Part shown: piece after piece, positions 1 through 11,827 of the stretch
Layout: each line of letters begins with the position of its first letter
How positions within the stretch are numbered: position 1 is the stretch's first letter
Assembly: GCF_902713615.1 (NCBI RefSeq)
Contig: NC_052147.1
Location: 209,956,559-210,020,558 of the forward strand
Origin: Scyliorhinus canicula
Lineage: Eukaryota
Reading direction: 5' to 3'
DNA: 64,000 bases
Position numbers and translations under genes: made by a program
Notes under the pieces: generated by a model
What the model was told of the DNA's origin: nothing
What the model saw: only the letters and a program-made list of their open reading frames with translations
Database searches by the model: none

Positions 1-380
1 AGGCAGGGGAATGCTTCGAGGCAAATTGCTCCTATGGAGTGCAGGCACTGACATAGTGAAATGAATGGCAGCCTCTTGTGCCATAGCAATTCTGGGATTC
101 TATAATAGCTGTAGTCTAGCTGTCCTTTGTTTTAGATGCAAAGCAAATGCTACAAAATCACTTTGTGCTTCTTAAATTTGAACTTGGAGTCTGAAATTTA
201 TGAACAATTCATGGACCTTCAATTATAGAAATTTATCAAAATCTACAGTTGCCCAGATTGTTAGTTATTTGAGCTATGGTTTTAAAGGACTGATTGGTTA
301 GCCACAAAGGTTAGCTAATTATCACAACAATGTGCAGACTCTAGATTACCCATTAGCAATGTTGCTAGTGTTTTACATTA

Positions 381-1780
381 TGAACAATATTCAAAGAACA
401 ATACAGCACAGGAACAGGCCCTTCGGCCCTCCAAACCTGCGCCGACAATGGTACCTGCCTAAGCTAAAACTTTATGCACTTATGGAGTCTGTATCCTTCC
501 ATTCCCACCCTATTCATATATTTGTCTCGATGTCCCTTTAAATGCTGCTATCGTACCTACTCCCACCACCTCCCCAGGCAGCGTGTTCCTTATATTTACC
601 ACCCTCTGTGTAAAAAAAAAAAACTTGCCTCACACATCTGTTCTGAACTTTTCCCCACGCACTTTAAACCTATGTCCCCTAGTGCTTTGCTCTCCTATCC
701 TAGGAAAGAGCATCTAACTATCCACTCTCTCCATGCCACTTTTTAAAAAAATTATAAATTTAGAGTACCCAATTCATTTTTTCCAATTAAGGGGCAATTT
801 AGCGTGGCCAATCCGCCTACCCTGCACATCTTTGGGTTGTGGGGGTGCAACTCACACAAACATGGGGAGAATGTGCAAACTCCACGCGGACCCAGAGCCG
901 GGATCTAATCTGGGACCCAGGCGCTGTGAGGCAGCAGTTCTAACCACTGTTCCACCGTGCTGTTCTGTGTCCATGCCACTCATAGTCTTGTAGACCTCTA
1001 TCAGGTCGCCTCTCAACCTCCGTCATTCCAATGAGAGCAGACCGAGTTTATCTAACCTCTCCTCCTAGCTAATGCCCTCTGCCAGGCAACATCCTAGTAA
1101 ACCGCTTCTGTACCCTCTCCAAAGCATCCATATCCTTCTGGTAGTGTGCCGACCAGAATTGTACACAATATTCCAAATGAGACCTAACTAAGGTCCGGTA
1201 CAGCTGCACCATGACTTGCCAATTTTTATATTCAATGACCCAACCGATAAAGGCCAGCAAGCCGTGTAAATTCTTGACCACCCTTATCCACACGCGTTAC
1301 CACTTTCAGTGATTGGTGGACATGTACACCCAGATCTCTCTGCCTGTCAATACTCGCAAGAGTTTGACCATTTCCTGTGTAATTCCTACATGCATTTGAC
1401 CTTCCAAAGTGCATTACCCCTCAATTGTCCAGATTAAGCTCCATCTGCCATTTCTCCACCCAAGACTCCTTCCAGTTTATATCTTGCCGTATCCTCTGAC
1501 AATCCTCTTCACTATTCGCAACACCACCAAATCATCTGCAAACTTACTAATCAGACCAGCTACATTTTATTCCAAATTATTTATATACACCACAAACAAC
1601 GAAAATCCCAGAACCGATCTGCGGAACGCCGCTAGTCACAGCCTTCCATTCAGGAAAGCCCTCTTCTACTTCCACCCGCTGCCTTCTGTGCCCAAGCCAG
1701 TTCTGTATCCAACTTACCAGCTCTCCTCTGATCCCATGTGACTTCACCTTTTGTACCAGTCTACCATGAGATACCTTGTT
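381..1780 (-). mobile_element. CR1 LINE 3' fragment (RT C-terminus and 3' UTR), interrupted by a SINE
   Basis: ORFs 1069..1293 (LYRTLVRSHLEYCVQFWS) and 1232..1414 (QRDLGVHVH). Confidence 0.88.
741..964 (-). mobile_element. HE1/V-SINE, short-tail type
   Basis: tRNA-like head plus V domain; TSD TCCATGCCACT at 730-740 and 970-980. Confidence 0.88.
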
Positions 1781-1794
1781 TTATTTTATTCTGA

Positions 1795-2110
1795 GCAGTT
1801 GGCCACTTGAGCCTACTCCACCATTCAATAAGTTCATGGCTGGTCCAATTTTAATCTCAACTTCACATTCCTGCCTACCCCCAATAATCAATCTTATTCT
1901 TGCTGATAAAGAATCTGTCAATCTACTGTCTTAAAAGATATTCAAAGACTCTGCCTCCATCATTTTCTGAGGAAGGGAATTCCAAGATGTCTTGACTCCA
2001 AGAGGAAAAAAATGCTTCTTCATCTCTTAAATGGGCACCCTCTTATTTTTAAACAGTGACCCCTACTTCTCGATTCTCCGACAATAGGAAACATCCTTTC
2101 TGCATCCTCT
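1795..2110 (-). mobile_element. old CR1 3'-end fragment
   Basis: Resembles the reverse complement of the CR1 3' end at 33600-33900. Confidence 0.65.
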
Positions 2111-2844
2111 TGTGGTCTTACATTTTCAGTTGTCTTTCAGAAAATACTATTTTGTTCTGTCTTCTTGGGTTTTATTTTATTGGAGTGAATTAGGGAACAA
2201 ATGTAATGAGATACAAATGACAATCTCTGAAATGTCTGAAGTTAATCATCTGGACTAATAATTCAGACAATTTTATTCTGGATTGTGTTGAGCATTATGG
2301 ATGAATGAAATATCATCTTTTGTTGTTTAGGGGTGCCTATTGTCAACTCAACTTCCTGACATTTTGCTAAGTCTTTTTGCTAAGTACAGTGCATGTATGA
2401 ATTTTGGAGGTCCGTGAACATCTCCAACATTTCAGTAAATGTTTCTGTAATACAATGGCAAAGACCAGTACTAAAAGCTGACTTGCTTGGTAAATAAGAA
2501 CAACTGCTTTGCATCTATGTAATGCCTTTAAATGCAGGTATATGGTCAAACGTGTGTCATTTCTCATATCATTTACTTCTTGGAGGAGACTTTAACTCCA
2601 TTCTTAACCCAGGTGTAGAACACTCATCCACAATATCTGTTTCAATATCAAAATCAGTCATCAGATTTCTTTAGGATGCACATGGAATGGAAGACTCATT
2701 GCATTTTCTATACCCATCAGCGAGATAATACTCCCTTTTCTCTCCTGTTCGTAACGTTAACTTGTGTATTGACTATTTTTCTCTTTGGCATACAGTAATT
2801 TTGTCATCTCTGATTATTCCCCTTTCCTTTTATCAATACAATTC

Positions 2845-3170
2845 CATGGCCTGAGAGGCCTAGACAGAGTGAACATGGAGAGGATGTTTCCACTAGTAGG
2901 AGAAACTGGGACCCGAGGGCACAGCCTTAGACTGAACATCTGAGACTAGGGGGAATTTCTTCAGCCAGAGGGTGGAGAATCTGTGAACCCATTGACGCAG
3001 AAGGCTGTAGAGGTCAAATCACTTGAGTGTCTTTAAGACAGAGATAGATAAGTTCTTGATTAATAAGGGATATGGGAGAGAAGGCAGGAGAATGGGGATA
3101 AGAAACATATCAGCCATGATTGAATGGTGGAGCAGACGCGATGGGCCAAATGGCCTAATTCTCTGTCTTA
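2845..3170 (+). mobile_element. CR1 3'-end fragment
   Basis: TRGHSL / FFSQRV / SVFKTEIDKFL remnants and a CR1-type 3' UTR. Confidence 0.8.
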
Positions 3171-3761
3171 TAGCCAGCCTGCTTCTCGTCAGCCATGGTG
3201 ACTTAATTCTCCTCCTTTGGTGGATGCAGATTTTACTAAATTTGTTTCCTCGCAAATAAATACTTTCACAGAACTTAATACGACTTCAGATATCACTTTT
3301 GCTACTGTTTGGGAGATATGAAGGCCTACTTACGTGGCAAATAATTTCATATACTGCTGAACTTGACAAAGCAATATGTCAAAATTGCCCCAATTGATTG
3401 ACTGAATTATTTTTGTGGGCCAGCAGTATGCTATTGCACCTACCTCAGCATTATCCAAACAGCATCTGGCTTTACCGACTGAATTTGACCTTCTCTCTAC
3501 TAAACAAATGGAAAAGCTTGTACTTCGATTACCATGTACATTCTATGAGCATGGTGAAAGAAGTGGTTGACTTCTGGCTCACCTACTTCACCAGTCAACT
3601 TCCCCTCGACTTATTCCTGAAATCACCATACCAACAGGGTCAACCACCACCGATCATCAGATCAATGATCAATTTAATCTTTTTTAATTCCACTCTTTAT
3701 ACCTCATACACCCCTTCAGATCCTGGTTTATTTCCCAATTTATTTGATATTATTGACATCA

Positions 3762-4092
3762 GGGCAGCACGGTAGCATAGCACAATCGCTTTACAGCTCC
3801 AGGGTCCCAGGTTCGATTCCTGGCTTGGGTCACTGTCTATGTGGAGTCTGCACGTTCTCCCCGTTTGTGTGTGGGTTTCCTCCGGGTGCTCCGGTTTCCT
3901 CCCCATCCAAAGATGTGCGGCTTGGGTGGATTGGCCAATCTAATTTGCCCTTGGTGTCCAAAAAGGGCAGGTGGGGTTACAGGGACAAAGAGGGATAGGG
4001 TGGAAGTGTGGGGCTTAAGTAGGGTGACCTTTCCAAGAGCCGGTGCAGATCCGATGGGCTGAATGGCCTCCTTCTGCCTGTAAATTCTGTGA
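3762..4092 (+). mobile_element. full-length HE1 V-SINE with CR1-derived tail
   Basis: GGGCAGCACGGT head, GGTTCGATTCC B box, V domain, GAATGGCCTCCTTCTG tail. Confidence 0.9.
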
Positions 4093-4351
4093 TCTGATCT
4101 TATGAATGCGTTAGAAGTACCCCTTTCCAAAGATGAAATACTAAAGGCAATTAAATCCATGAAAAACAAGAAGGAACCTGGGCAAGATGGATTTTTATAG
4201 CAACCAATGATAGTTTCATGATCACTATTACTGAGACTAGATTTCAATTCCAGATTTATTAACTGAGTTTAAATGCCACTGGCTGCCGTGGAGTAATGGT
4301 CTGGGTCTCTAAGGATAATGTTTCGGCATGCCCTGTTTTGTGCCAGTTTTA

Positions 4352-4665
4352 AGGGTGGCACGGTAGCACAGTGGTTAACACTGTTGCTTCACAGTGCCAG
4401 GGACCCAGGTTCGATTCCCGGCTTGAGTCAGCCTATGCGGAGTCTGCACGTTCTCCTCGTGTGTGCATGGGTTTCCTCTGGGTGCCCCGGTTTCCTCCCA
4501 CAAGTCCTGAAAGACGTGTTTGTTAGGTGAATTGGACATTCTGAATTCTCCCTTTGCAATGACGTTTTTGTGAAAATCCCCTAGTCACCACACTCCGGCT
4601 CCTGCTGAGGTGCAGTAATGTAAGCCTACTTGTGACAATAATAAAGATTATTAAAGATTATTATT
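4352..4665 (+). mobile_element. V-SINE with AAGCCTACTTGTGAC/(TTA)n tail and an internal inversion
   Basis: Head and V domain as in the other copies; 4555-4614 is inverted relative to the copy at 10066-10375. Confidence 0.85.
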
Positions 4666-5527
4666 TACAATATAATTTTATGAATTCTTATCTTAACATT
4701 CTCCATTATTATTCTGTTTTCTGAATGCTTTCTCTTGACAACCCCTCCCTCCTACACTTTGTGAGACATCTTCATCCGCTCTTTTAACGAGTGATAAGGA
4801 TCCTCAGCATTGCAGTTCATACTGGTCTATTTCCTTTTTAAATGTGGATGTCAAGCTATTAGCTGAAAGCTTTGCCCACCGTCTTGAACCTGTCCATCCA
4901 TCTATTATCTCTCCTGACCAGACAGGGCAAACAATCTTTCTTTAATTTAAGGCGTCTTTTCAATGTTATTTACAAGCATTCAACTACTCAACTTCCTGAG
5001 GGTAACTGGATGCAGAAAAGGCCAAAAATTTGGATTTTGACTTCTTTTTATAAAGTGATAAAACTGATTAATTCCTCCCCAGTTACTTCACTACGTTCAA
5101 ATAATACCAACTCTAAACTCTTTGACCTCCATCAGGCTAACAGATGGGCCTGTCCCCTTTGCCCCCCCCCCCCCCCCCCCCTATACTTTCTGCCTTTGCT
5201 TTTGAGCCCATGGCAATTTCACAACAGACATGTGGAGATATATGGGGTAGATTGCTGCAGAAATATTTTCTATATGCTGATTACCTTCTTCAATTGTCTG
5301 ATCTGGCCTCATCTCTTCTATATATTTTCTCTATTGTTGAGCTATTTGGTCATATTTCAGGTTTTAAAATTAATTTGTAAAATAATGACATTCTTCTTGT
5401 TAACTTTATTACCAACAGTTAACTTCTTCCTCCCCTCCACTTCAAGGTCTCATAAACGGCTTTAAATAGTTAGAAATTTTAATTAATCTCTTGGAGACCT
5501 TTTTAAACTCAAATTTGACCCTTTGGA

Positions 5528-5763
5528 GGGGTGGCACAATGGTTAGCACTGCTTCCACAAGGCCCTGAGGACCTGGGTTCAATCCTGGCCCTGGATCACT
5601 GTCTGTGTGCAGGTCACTGTTTGTGCGCAGTTTGCACAATCTCCTTGTGCCTGCATGGGTCTCACCCCCACAACCCAAAAATGTGAAGGGTAGGTGTATT
5701 GGCCACGCTAAATTGCCCCTTAATTGGAAAAGAAAATAATTAGGTACTATAATAAAAACAGAC
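5528..5763 (+). mobile_element. HE1/V-SINE, short-tail type
   Basis: 14-bp TSD TTTGACCCTTTGGA at 5514-5527 and 5764-5777. Confidence 0.88.
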
Positions 5764-6554
5764 TTTGACCCTTTGGAACATATGAAACACATTGGTCGTA
5801 AATTCTGCAAAGATTAATAATATTTTGTCAATTCCTATACTTATTTCAGTGCATTTCATTGTTTATCCCCAAGTGTTTTTTCAGTAGACCAATTAATTTC
5901 TTCCATTATTTAGAATAAGAAAACACCCAGAATTCGTAAGATCCAAGCATTTAGGTGGTCAAATTTTAAGTTTTTTATTATTGGTCTGCTAATATCTGTA
6001 ATATTTCCTTTTGGCTTTACTCAGACCCAGCTAGTTTAATGTGGATGCATCTCTGCCTGCTGTGTTGTGCTCCTCCAATCCTTTCTGAACCAGTTGCTTT
6101 TCTTCAAACCCTATCATTAGACAGTCACTTAAGATTTGGAACCTGTTCAGAAAACACTTTGGGCTACAATCTCTCTCTCTCTTCGCAACCCCATTGATGC
6201 AAATCATTTATTTCCACCTTTGTTAGGAGATTCTGCCTTTCAAACCTGCTACGCAAGAGGCATCAAAACCGTTGCTCACTTATATATTGATAATATTTTT
6301 GCTTCTTTTGGCTTTCTCTCGGAAATGTGATCTGTCCCACACATTTCTTTTGTTTACTTACAAATCTGAGATTCTGCTCATTTAAAAAAAAAATCAGTTT
6401 CTTTTATTGCCTCTGAAATCATCAATTGATTTATATCAGAACAAAATCCTTTTGTTAGAGCTTTCATTTCCAAATTATTCTCGAATCTTTTCACTACACT
6501 GCCCATTTCTACCTTTTCAAAATTTTAAGATTTTGATTCAGCATTATCGAAAAC

Positions 6555-6783
6555 ATTTTTTAAAAAAATAAATAAATTTAGAGTGCCCAATTATTTCTTT
6601 CCAATTAAGGGGCAATTTAGTGTGGCCAATCCACCTTTCTGCACATCTTATTTGGTTGTGGGGGTGAGACCCACGCAAGCATGGGCAGAATGTGCACACT
6701 CCACATAGACAGTGACCCGGGGCCGGGATCGAACCCATGTTCTCGGCGCTGTGAGGCAGAGGTGCTAGCCACTGTGCCGCCCT
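6555..6783 (-). mobile_element. HE1/V-SINE, short-tail type
   Basis: Reverse complement of the SINE consensus; flanking direct repeat AGCATTATC at 6540 and 6784. Confidence 0.85.
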
Positions 6784-7321
6784 AGCATTATCAGAAGATA
6801 ACTGGAAGTCTATTCTCTCGTGTACATTCCCCATCGGTATGAGCAAGGCATGGCTTGCTTAATTAAAAATCTTATTGTATCGATCGATCTATCTCGTTAA
6901 ATTATCTAAGATTTATCCACATTTTGATTCCACCTGTGGCAAATGCCATACAGCCACAGCCCTCTAATTCATATTTATTGGTTGTGCCTAAAATTGCTTT
7001 GTTTTGGATAAAATGCTTTTTACAGCAAACTCAATTTTTGGAGCATCATTGAACCGCCTCCCGTTACAGCACTCTTTGAAGTGGAACCAAATGGTATCCC
7101 TCTTTAAAAAAAAATTCAGACTGATGCGCTCACCTTTTCAATGTTATTTGTTAGTCACATTATTCTACTAAATTGAAAGCAGTCTGCCCCACCCTCTTAC
7201 TAATTGGATACATGATCTTATGCAAAATCTTAAACTTGAGAAAATAAGGTAGACCATAAGAAGCTCCACTGATGAATTTTATGTAGCTTGGTTACCTTTC
7301 CTATATTACTTTGAGGAACTA

Positions 7322-9290
7322 TGGGCGGAAAATTGGTTTTGACGCCAAAATCGTGGCGGGCGCTGGGTTCATGCCAAATCGCAATTCTCCGGTGCCTCGA
7401 CAGCGGCATCAATGGATTCTAAACCTCGCGTATAAGCAAATGCTGTTTGCATATCATTAACTGGCCTGACCCGGTATTCTGCAGGCCTTCGCGATTCTCC
7501 GCCGGGGAGGGGGGCAGCCAGGGTGTCCAGGCACGGGCCACCATTACCACGGCCTGCAAGGCAGCCATCTTGCTGCGCACCCCACTGACCACCCATCTTG
7601 GCCCCTGGTTCTTCAGAGTACCACTGGCAGTTTGGGTGCCTCCACTCTCACGCCCACACCCCACCCTCTGACATACCACCCCCCCCCCCCCCCCAAACCT
7701 GCTGCCACCTGCCAGCGGGCCATCATGCAGTCCTTCCAAGGGCAACACCCACAGTAGCCCTGACCGGAGGGTGCCGGATGGGGGCCATGGAGCGTCACCC
7801 GCCAGCAACCCTTGGAGCCAGGAGGATTGGTGGGGGGGGGGGGGGGGAGACACACACGACATGTGGGGGCAGGGTCTGCAGCACCAACTGTTGTCACCCG
7901 GTGGGCCTGGTTTGTCACGGGGGCACACACCGTGCTAACATGTCGGCCTTTCACCCTCAGCAGACAATAGATTTTGGAATACAACCAGCAATGGTGGCCT
8001 TCCTCCTCGTTGCCACAGCCCTGGGGGATGCACTGAGGCTTTACCAGCTGGAGCTGTTCAAGGATGAGGAAGCTGAGCAGTGGAGTGTGCCCCAGAGAAA
8101 CAGGAGGCAGCCGGTGAGGATTGGGACCCGGCCGCCCAACAGGCTGAGGAGCAGGAAGTGCAAAGGAGGTGCCGCATGAGGTCTCTTGTGTACTGGCAGC
8201 GCCTGTCATTCGAGGACCTGCCGGACCCGACATGCCATCAAAGACTGCGGCTGAGCAGGGAGACAGTGCAAAATATTGGCCGGATAGTGGCACACCTGGC
8301 ACCGTGGGGGAATGAGGAAGGACACCCGCTCCCGGTGGCTGTCAAGGTGATGGTCGTCCTGAATGTTTACGCCATGGGGTCCTTCCAGGCGCCGGGTGGG
8401 GACCTGTCTGGGATCTCAGAGCTCGGTGCATCCACGCTATCATGGAGACCCCATATGCCCAGTCAGCACAATACATCCATTTCAGTGTAGACCAAGCCCA
8501 CCAGGATGCCCAGGCTGGAGGGTTTGCTGCCATCGCTGAGATGCCCAGGGGGTGATTAACAGGATGCATGTCGCCCTATGAGCACCTGCAGGTGACTGGC
8601 CGCCCTACGCAATAATAATAATATTTATTGTCACAAAGCTTATGTTAACACTGCAATGAAGTTACTGTGAAAAGCCCCACATTCCGGCTCCTTTCGGTTA
8701 CACAGAGAGAATTCAGAATGTCCAAATTTCCCAACAGCACACCTTTCGGGATTTGTGGTAAGAAACCGGAACACCCGAAGGAAACGCAGACACAGAGAGA
8801 ACGTGCAGACTCCGCACAGTGACCCAAGCAGGAATCAAACCTGGGACCCTGGAGCAGTGAAGCAACAGTGCTAACCACTGTGCCACCATGTTGCTCAAAC
8901 TGAAAGGTGTTACACTTGATGAACGTGCAGCTAGTATGTGACCATCAGCTGAGCATAATGCACATCTGCGCTCAATACCCGGGCAGTGTGCAGAACACCT
9001 TCATCCTGGCACACTAGACGGTTTCTGGCCTCTTCGAGGCACCCCACCCCCGGCTTCTGGGCGATACGGGTTACCCACTGTGGTTGTGACCGATGACACC
9101 TATCCAGAGGCCACAATTCGACATGGAGACCTGCTACAATGATGCCCTTGCAGCGACTAGGAGTGTGATCGAACGGTGCTTCGGCATCCTGAAGATGCGG
9201 TTTAGGTACCTGAACCGCTCTGGATGGGCCCTCCAGTATAGTGCTGGGATGCTCTCCCACATCATGGTGCCTGCTTCCTTCTCTGATGCT
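7322..9290 (+). mobile_element. degenerate Harbinger/PIF DNA transposon (HARBI1-like DDE transposase pseudogene)
   Basis: ORF 8080..8490 (RLRLSRET, LPVAVKVMVVLNVYAMGSFQ), NVQLVCDHQL..ICAQYPGSV, LGDTGYPL, and ORF 9093..9329 (YNDALAATRSVIERCFGILKMRF). GC-rich left terminus. Confidence 0.88.
8610..8895 (-). mobile_element. V-SINE inserted into the Harbinger transposase
   Basis: SINE head, V domain and (TTA)n tail on the minus strand; transposase motifs continue on both sides. Confidence 0.85.
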
Positions 9291-10065
9291 GTGAAGCCAC
9301 AGTGCCGCCCAAATTATTATGCCATGTGAAATTATATCTATTATGATTGTTGATTTTCTATTTTTGCAGGGGAAGAGGGGTGTTAGGGAGGGTTTTTAAA
9401 ACCTCTTTTCCTTTCTCTTTCCCTTCCAAATGTAAGTTTATTAAATTATTGCTGTACTGTAAGCAATTCTGCACTATTATTCATTATGATTGTTGTAACT
9501 TGCAGAAATTTTTAGAAGGTATTTCACAGAAGCTAAGGAAAAACGGGCACCAAAAGAAAAAGGAGAGTTTAAGATGCTTGTTGAAGGAGGTAGATTTTAA
9601 GGAGGACCTTAAAAGAGGAAGCAGTAGTCGTGTCGGGAGGGAATTCTTGATTCGGTGCTGAAGTCATGACCACCAATTGTGGGGAATGGAAGAACCTGTG
9701 GTCTCTGGATCAGAGAAATTGGGGAGGGAGGGTAAAAGGCTGGAGAAGGTTACACAGATGGGCAGCGAGTCCATTAAGTACTTTAACCACAAGAAAAAGA
9801 ATAGTAGACAAAGTTATTCCTATTTTGGAATTTGATTTCAAATTAAAAGTCATAATAGTAAGAACCCATTTTTAAAATAAAACTGTACTTTTGAGAGAAA
9901 AGATATTCTTGAAGTTCGGGGTGGGGTACCATTTTCAAGAAGTGTAAAGCGAGCTGCATCTGTCTATGCTCTAAATTTTGATGGGAATGATTACCTGAAG
10001 TGTAAAAAGAAAAGTTCAGGTTTAGGTGCACTGCTGTAGAACATTTTTCTTTCGAAGGGCTCATT

Positions 10066-10375
10066 TGGGGCAGCACGGTAGCACAGTGGTTAGCACAGTG
10101 GTTAGCACTGTTGCTTCGCAGCGCCAGGGACCCAGGATCAATTCCTGCATGGGTCACTGTTTGTGCGGAGTCTGCACGTTCTCCTTGACTCAGCAGTCTG
10201 GGTTTCCTCCAGCTGCTTCGGTTTCCTCCCACAAGTCCCAAAAGACGTGCTTGTTAGGTGAATTGGACAATCTGAATTCTCCCTCCGTGTACCCGAACAG
10301 GCGCCGGAATGTGGGGACTAGAGGATTTTCACAGTAACTTCATTGCACTGTTAATGTAAGCCTACTTGTGACTCT
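10066..10375 (+). mobile_element. V-SINE with AAGCCTACTTGTGAC tail (12-bp head duplication CACAGTGGTTAG)
   Basis: Consensus head, V domain and tail. Confidence 0.88.
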
Positions 10376-11073
10376 AAACTATCTTGAAGATTTTGCATGT
10401 TATGAATAAATTTGGTGATTTTTGTTTTACAAGGGAAATGCCCAAAAATCATACGGCTGGCTGTAAGATTGAGAAAATTAAGTTGGCTTTATGAACATCT
10501 GATTTATGTTGAGATGTACTCTTGTGCTGATACCGAGCTAGCAGAATACTAAATTCTCCCTCGTGTACCCGAGCAGGTGCCGGAGTGTGGCGACTAGGAG
10601 TTTTTCACAGTGACTTCATTGCAGTCAGCGCACTTGTGAGGCTAATGAACATTATTATTATTAATTCTAATATTGGTAGCACAGACGGTGAATTTTAGAA
10701 TACTAGAAATTTAAGCTTGAGCCTCATCAATATCAGAACTGCCTTGCAAAAATGAATGCAAGTATAGTAGTTTCATGCTTACGTTTTTGTTTTAAGACCC
10801 AATTTGAAGTATGAAATGGAAATGCAGCCTGTGTTGAACAACTTTCTACTGTCTTCACGTTGAAGAAGGAAACTTTTGTAATGTTCCATTTTTGTAAATA
10901 AAATTTAATTTTCAAAAAAAGTAACACTTTGGGTGCTAATGATGTGCCACTGCAGGGCCCACTGGCCTCGAGCATATTAATGTACACTGCTCCCTTTCCA
11001 AGAACATCTGGGTGCAAGCGTAACCACCGCTAAGAGAGGCTGGCAATCAGGATGAATGAGTGTCTCTTTATAT

Positions 11074-11812
11074 TTGCTCTAGGTACTTGAACAATCAATG
11101 GCCTCCATCTGTTTATCCTTAACTGTTATAATACAATTAACATGTTCCACTCTTTTTAAAATCAAAACAAACTTTAAGATTTCATAGCAAATTTGAGGGC
11201 GAGAAAAGTAATTTTCCATATTCTGTACACCACATCATAACACAAAACATTCCTCTTCTGTGATCTCCCAATCTTATCTTTGTGCAAGCATTCCTCTTTC
11301 TAAAGGAATCTGGCAATTGATAATAATAATAATCGCTTATTGTCACGAGTAGGCTTCAATTAAGTTACTGTGACAAGCCCCTAGTCGCCACATTCCGGCA
11401 CCTGTTCGGGGAGGCTGGTATGACTTGGATCAACATTTTATCTTGGAGATTTCCTTTCTTTCCAGCATCACTTACAAACTAGCAAGGATAATCCTGAACC
11501 TTTTATGTAGTCTCACACTCTGTTGACGATACATTATCCCGCGGGGAACAGTTATTTATATAATATTCTATGGCAACCTATTCTCAAGCCATGTCTTGTA
11601 TAGAATTTGATACGGGGAACTCCTTATCTCAGATAAGGAGAACAGAATAGGATAAGGTGTACAGAATATGGAAAATCATTTTTCTCGCCCTCAAATTTGT
11701 TATGAAATCTTAAATGTTTGTTGATTTTAAAAAGAGTGGAACATGTTAATTGTATTATTACAGTTAAGGATAAATCGATGGAGGCCAGTGATTGTTCAAG
11801 TACCTAGAGCAA
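11074..11812. repeat. imperfect inverted repeat with arms of about 157 bp (11074-11231 and 11656-11812)
   Basis: TTGCTCTAGGTACTTGAACAATCA...CCATATTCTGTACACC is mirrored by GGTGTACAGAATATGG...TGATTGTTCAAGTACCTAGAGCAA, with scattered mismatches. Confidence 0.9.
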
Positions 11813-11827
11813 GGAGTTCCCCGTATC

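Larger units (their letters stand above)
3200..7320 (+). mobile_element. heavily decayed L1/Tx1-clade LINE ORF2 carrying several SINE insertions
   Basis: Remnants PLSKDEILKAIKSMKNKKEPGQDGF (about 4120-4195), LNVDVKLL (about 4838-4862), GIKTVAHLYIDNIFASF (about 6259-6310) and a C-terminal CGKCH..HIYWLC (about 6935-6990). Confidence 0.7.

Noticed and set aside
3762-3835. SINE heads as tRNA genes
   Set aside because: They have A and B boxes but no complete cloverleaf or acceptor stem, and they run into SINE bodies. Only 19782-19853 folds fully.
7369-8302. several overlapping 170-230 aa ORFs on both strands
   Set aside because: GC-rich Harbinger subterminal sequence; only the plus-strand transposase fragments carry real motifs.
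10730-10925. processed pseudogene tail (AATAAA followed by A7)
   Set aside because: No upstream coding similarity or TSD recognised; too weak.
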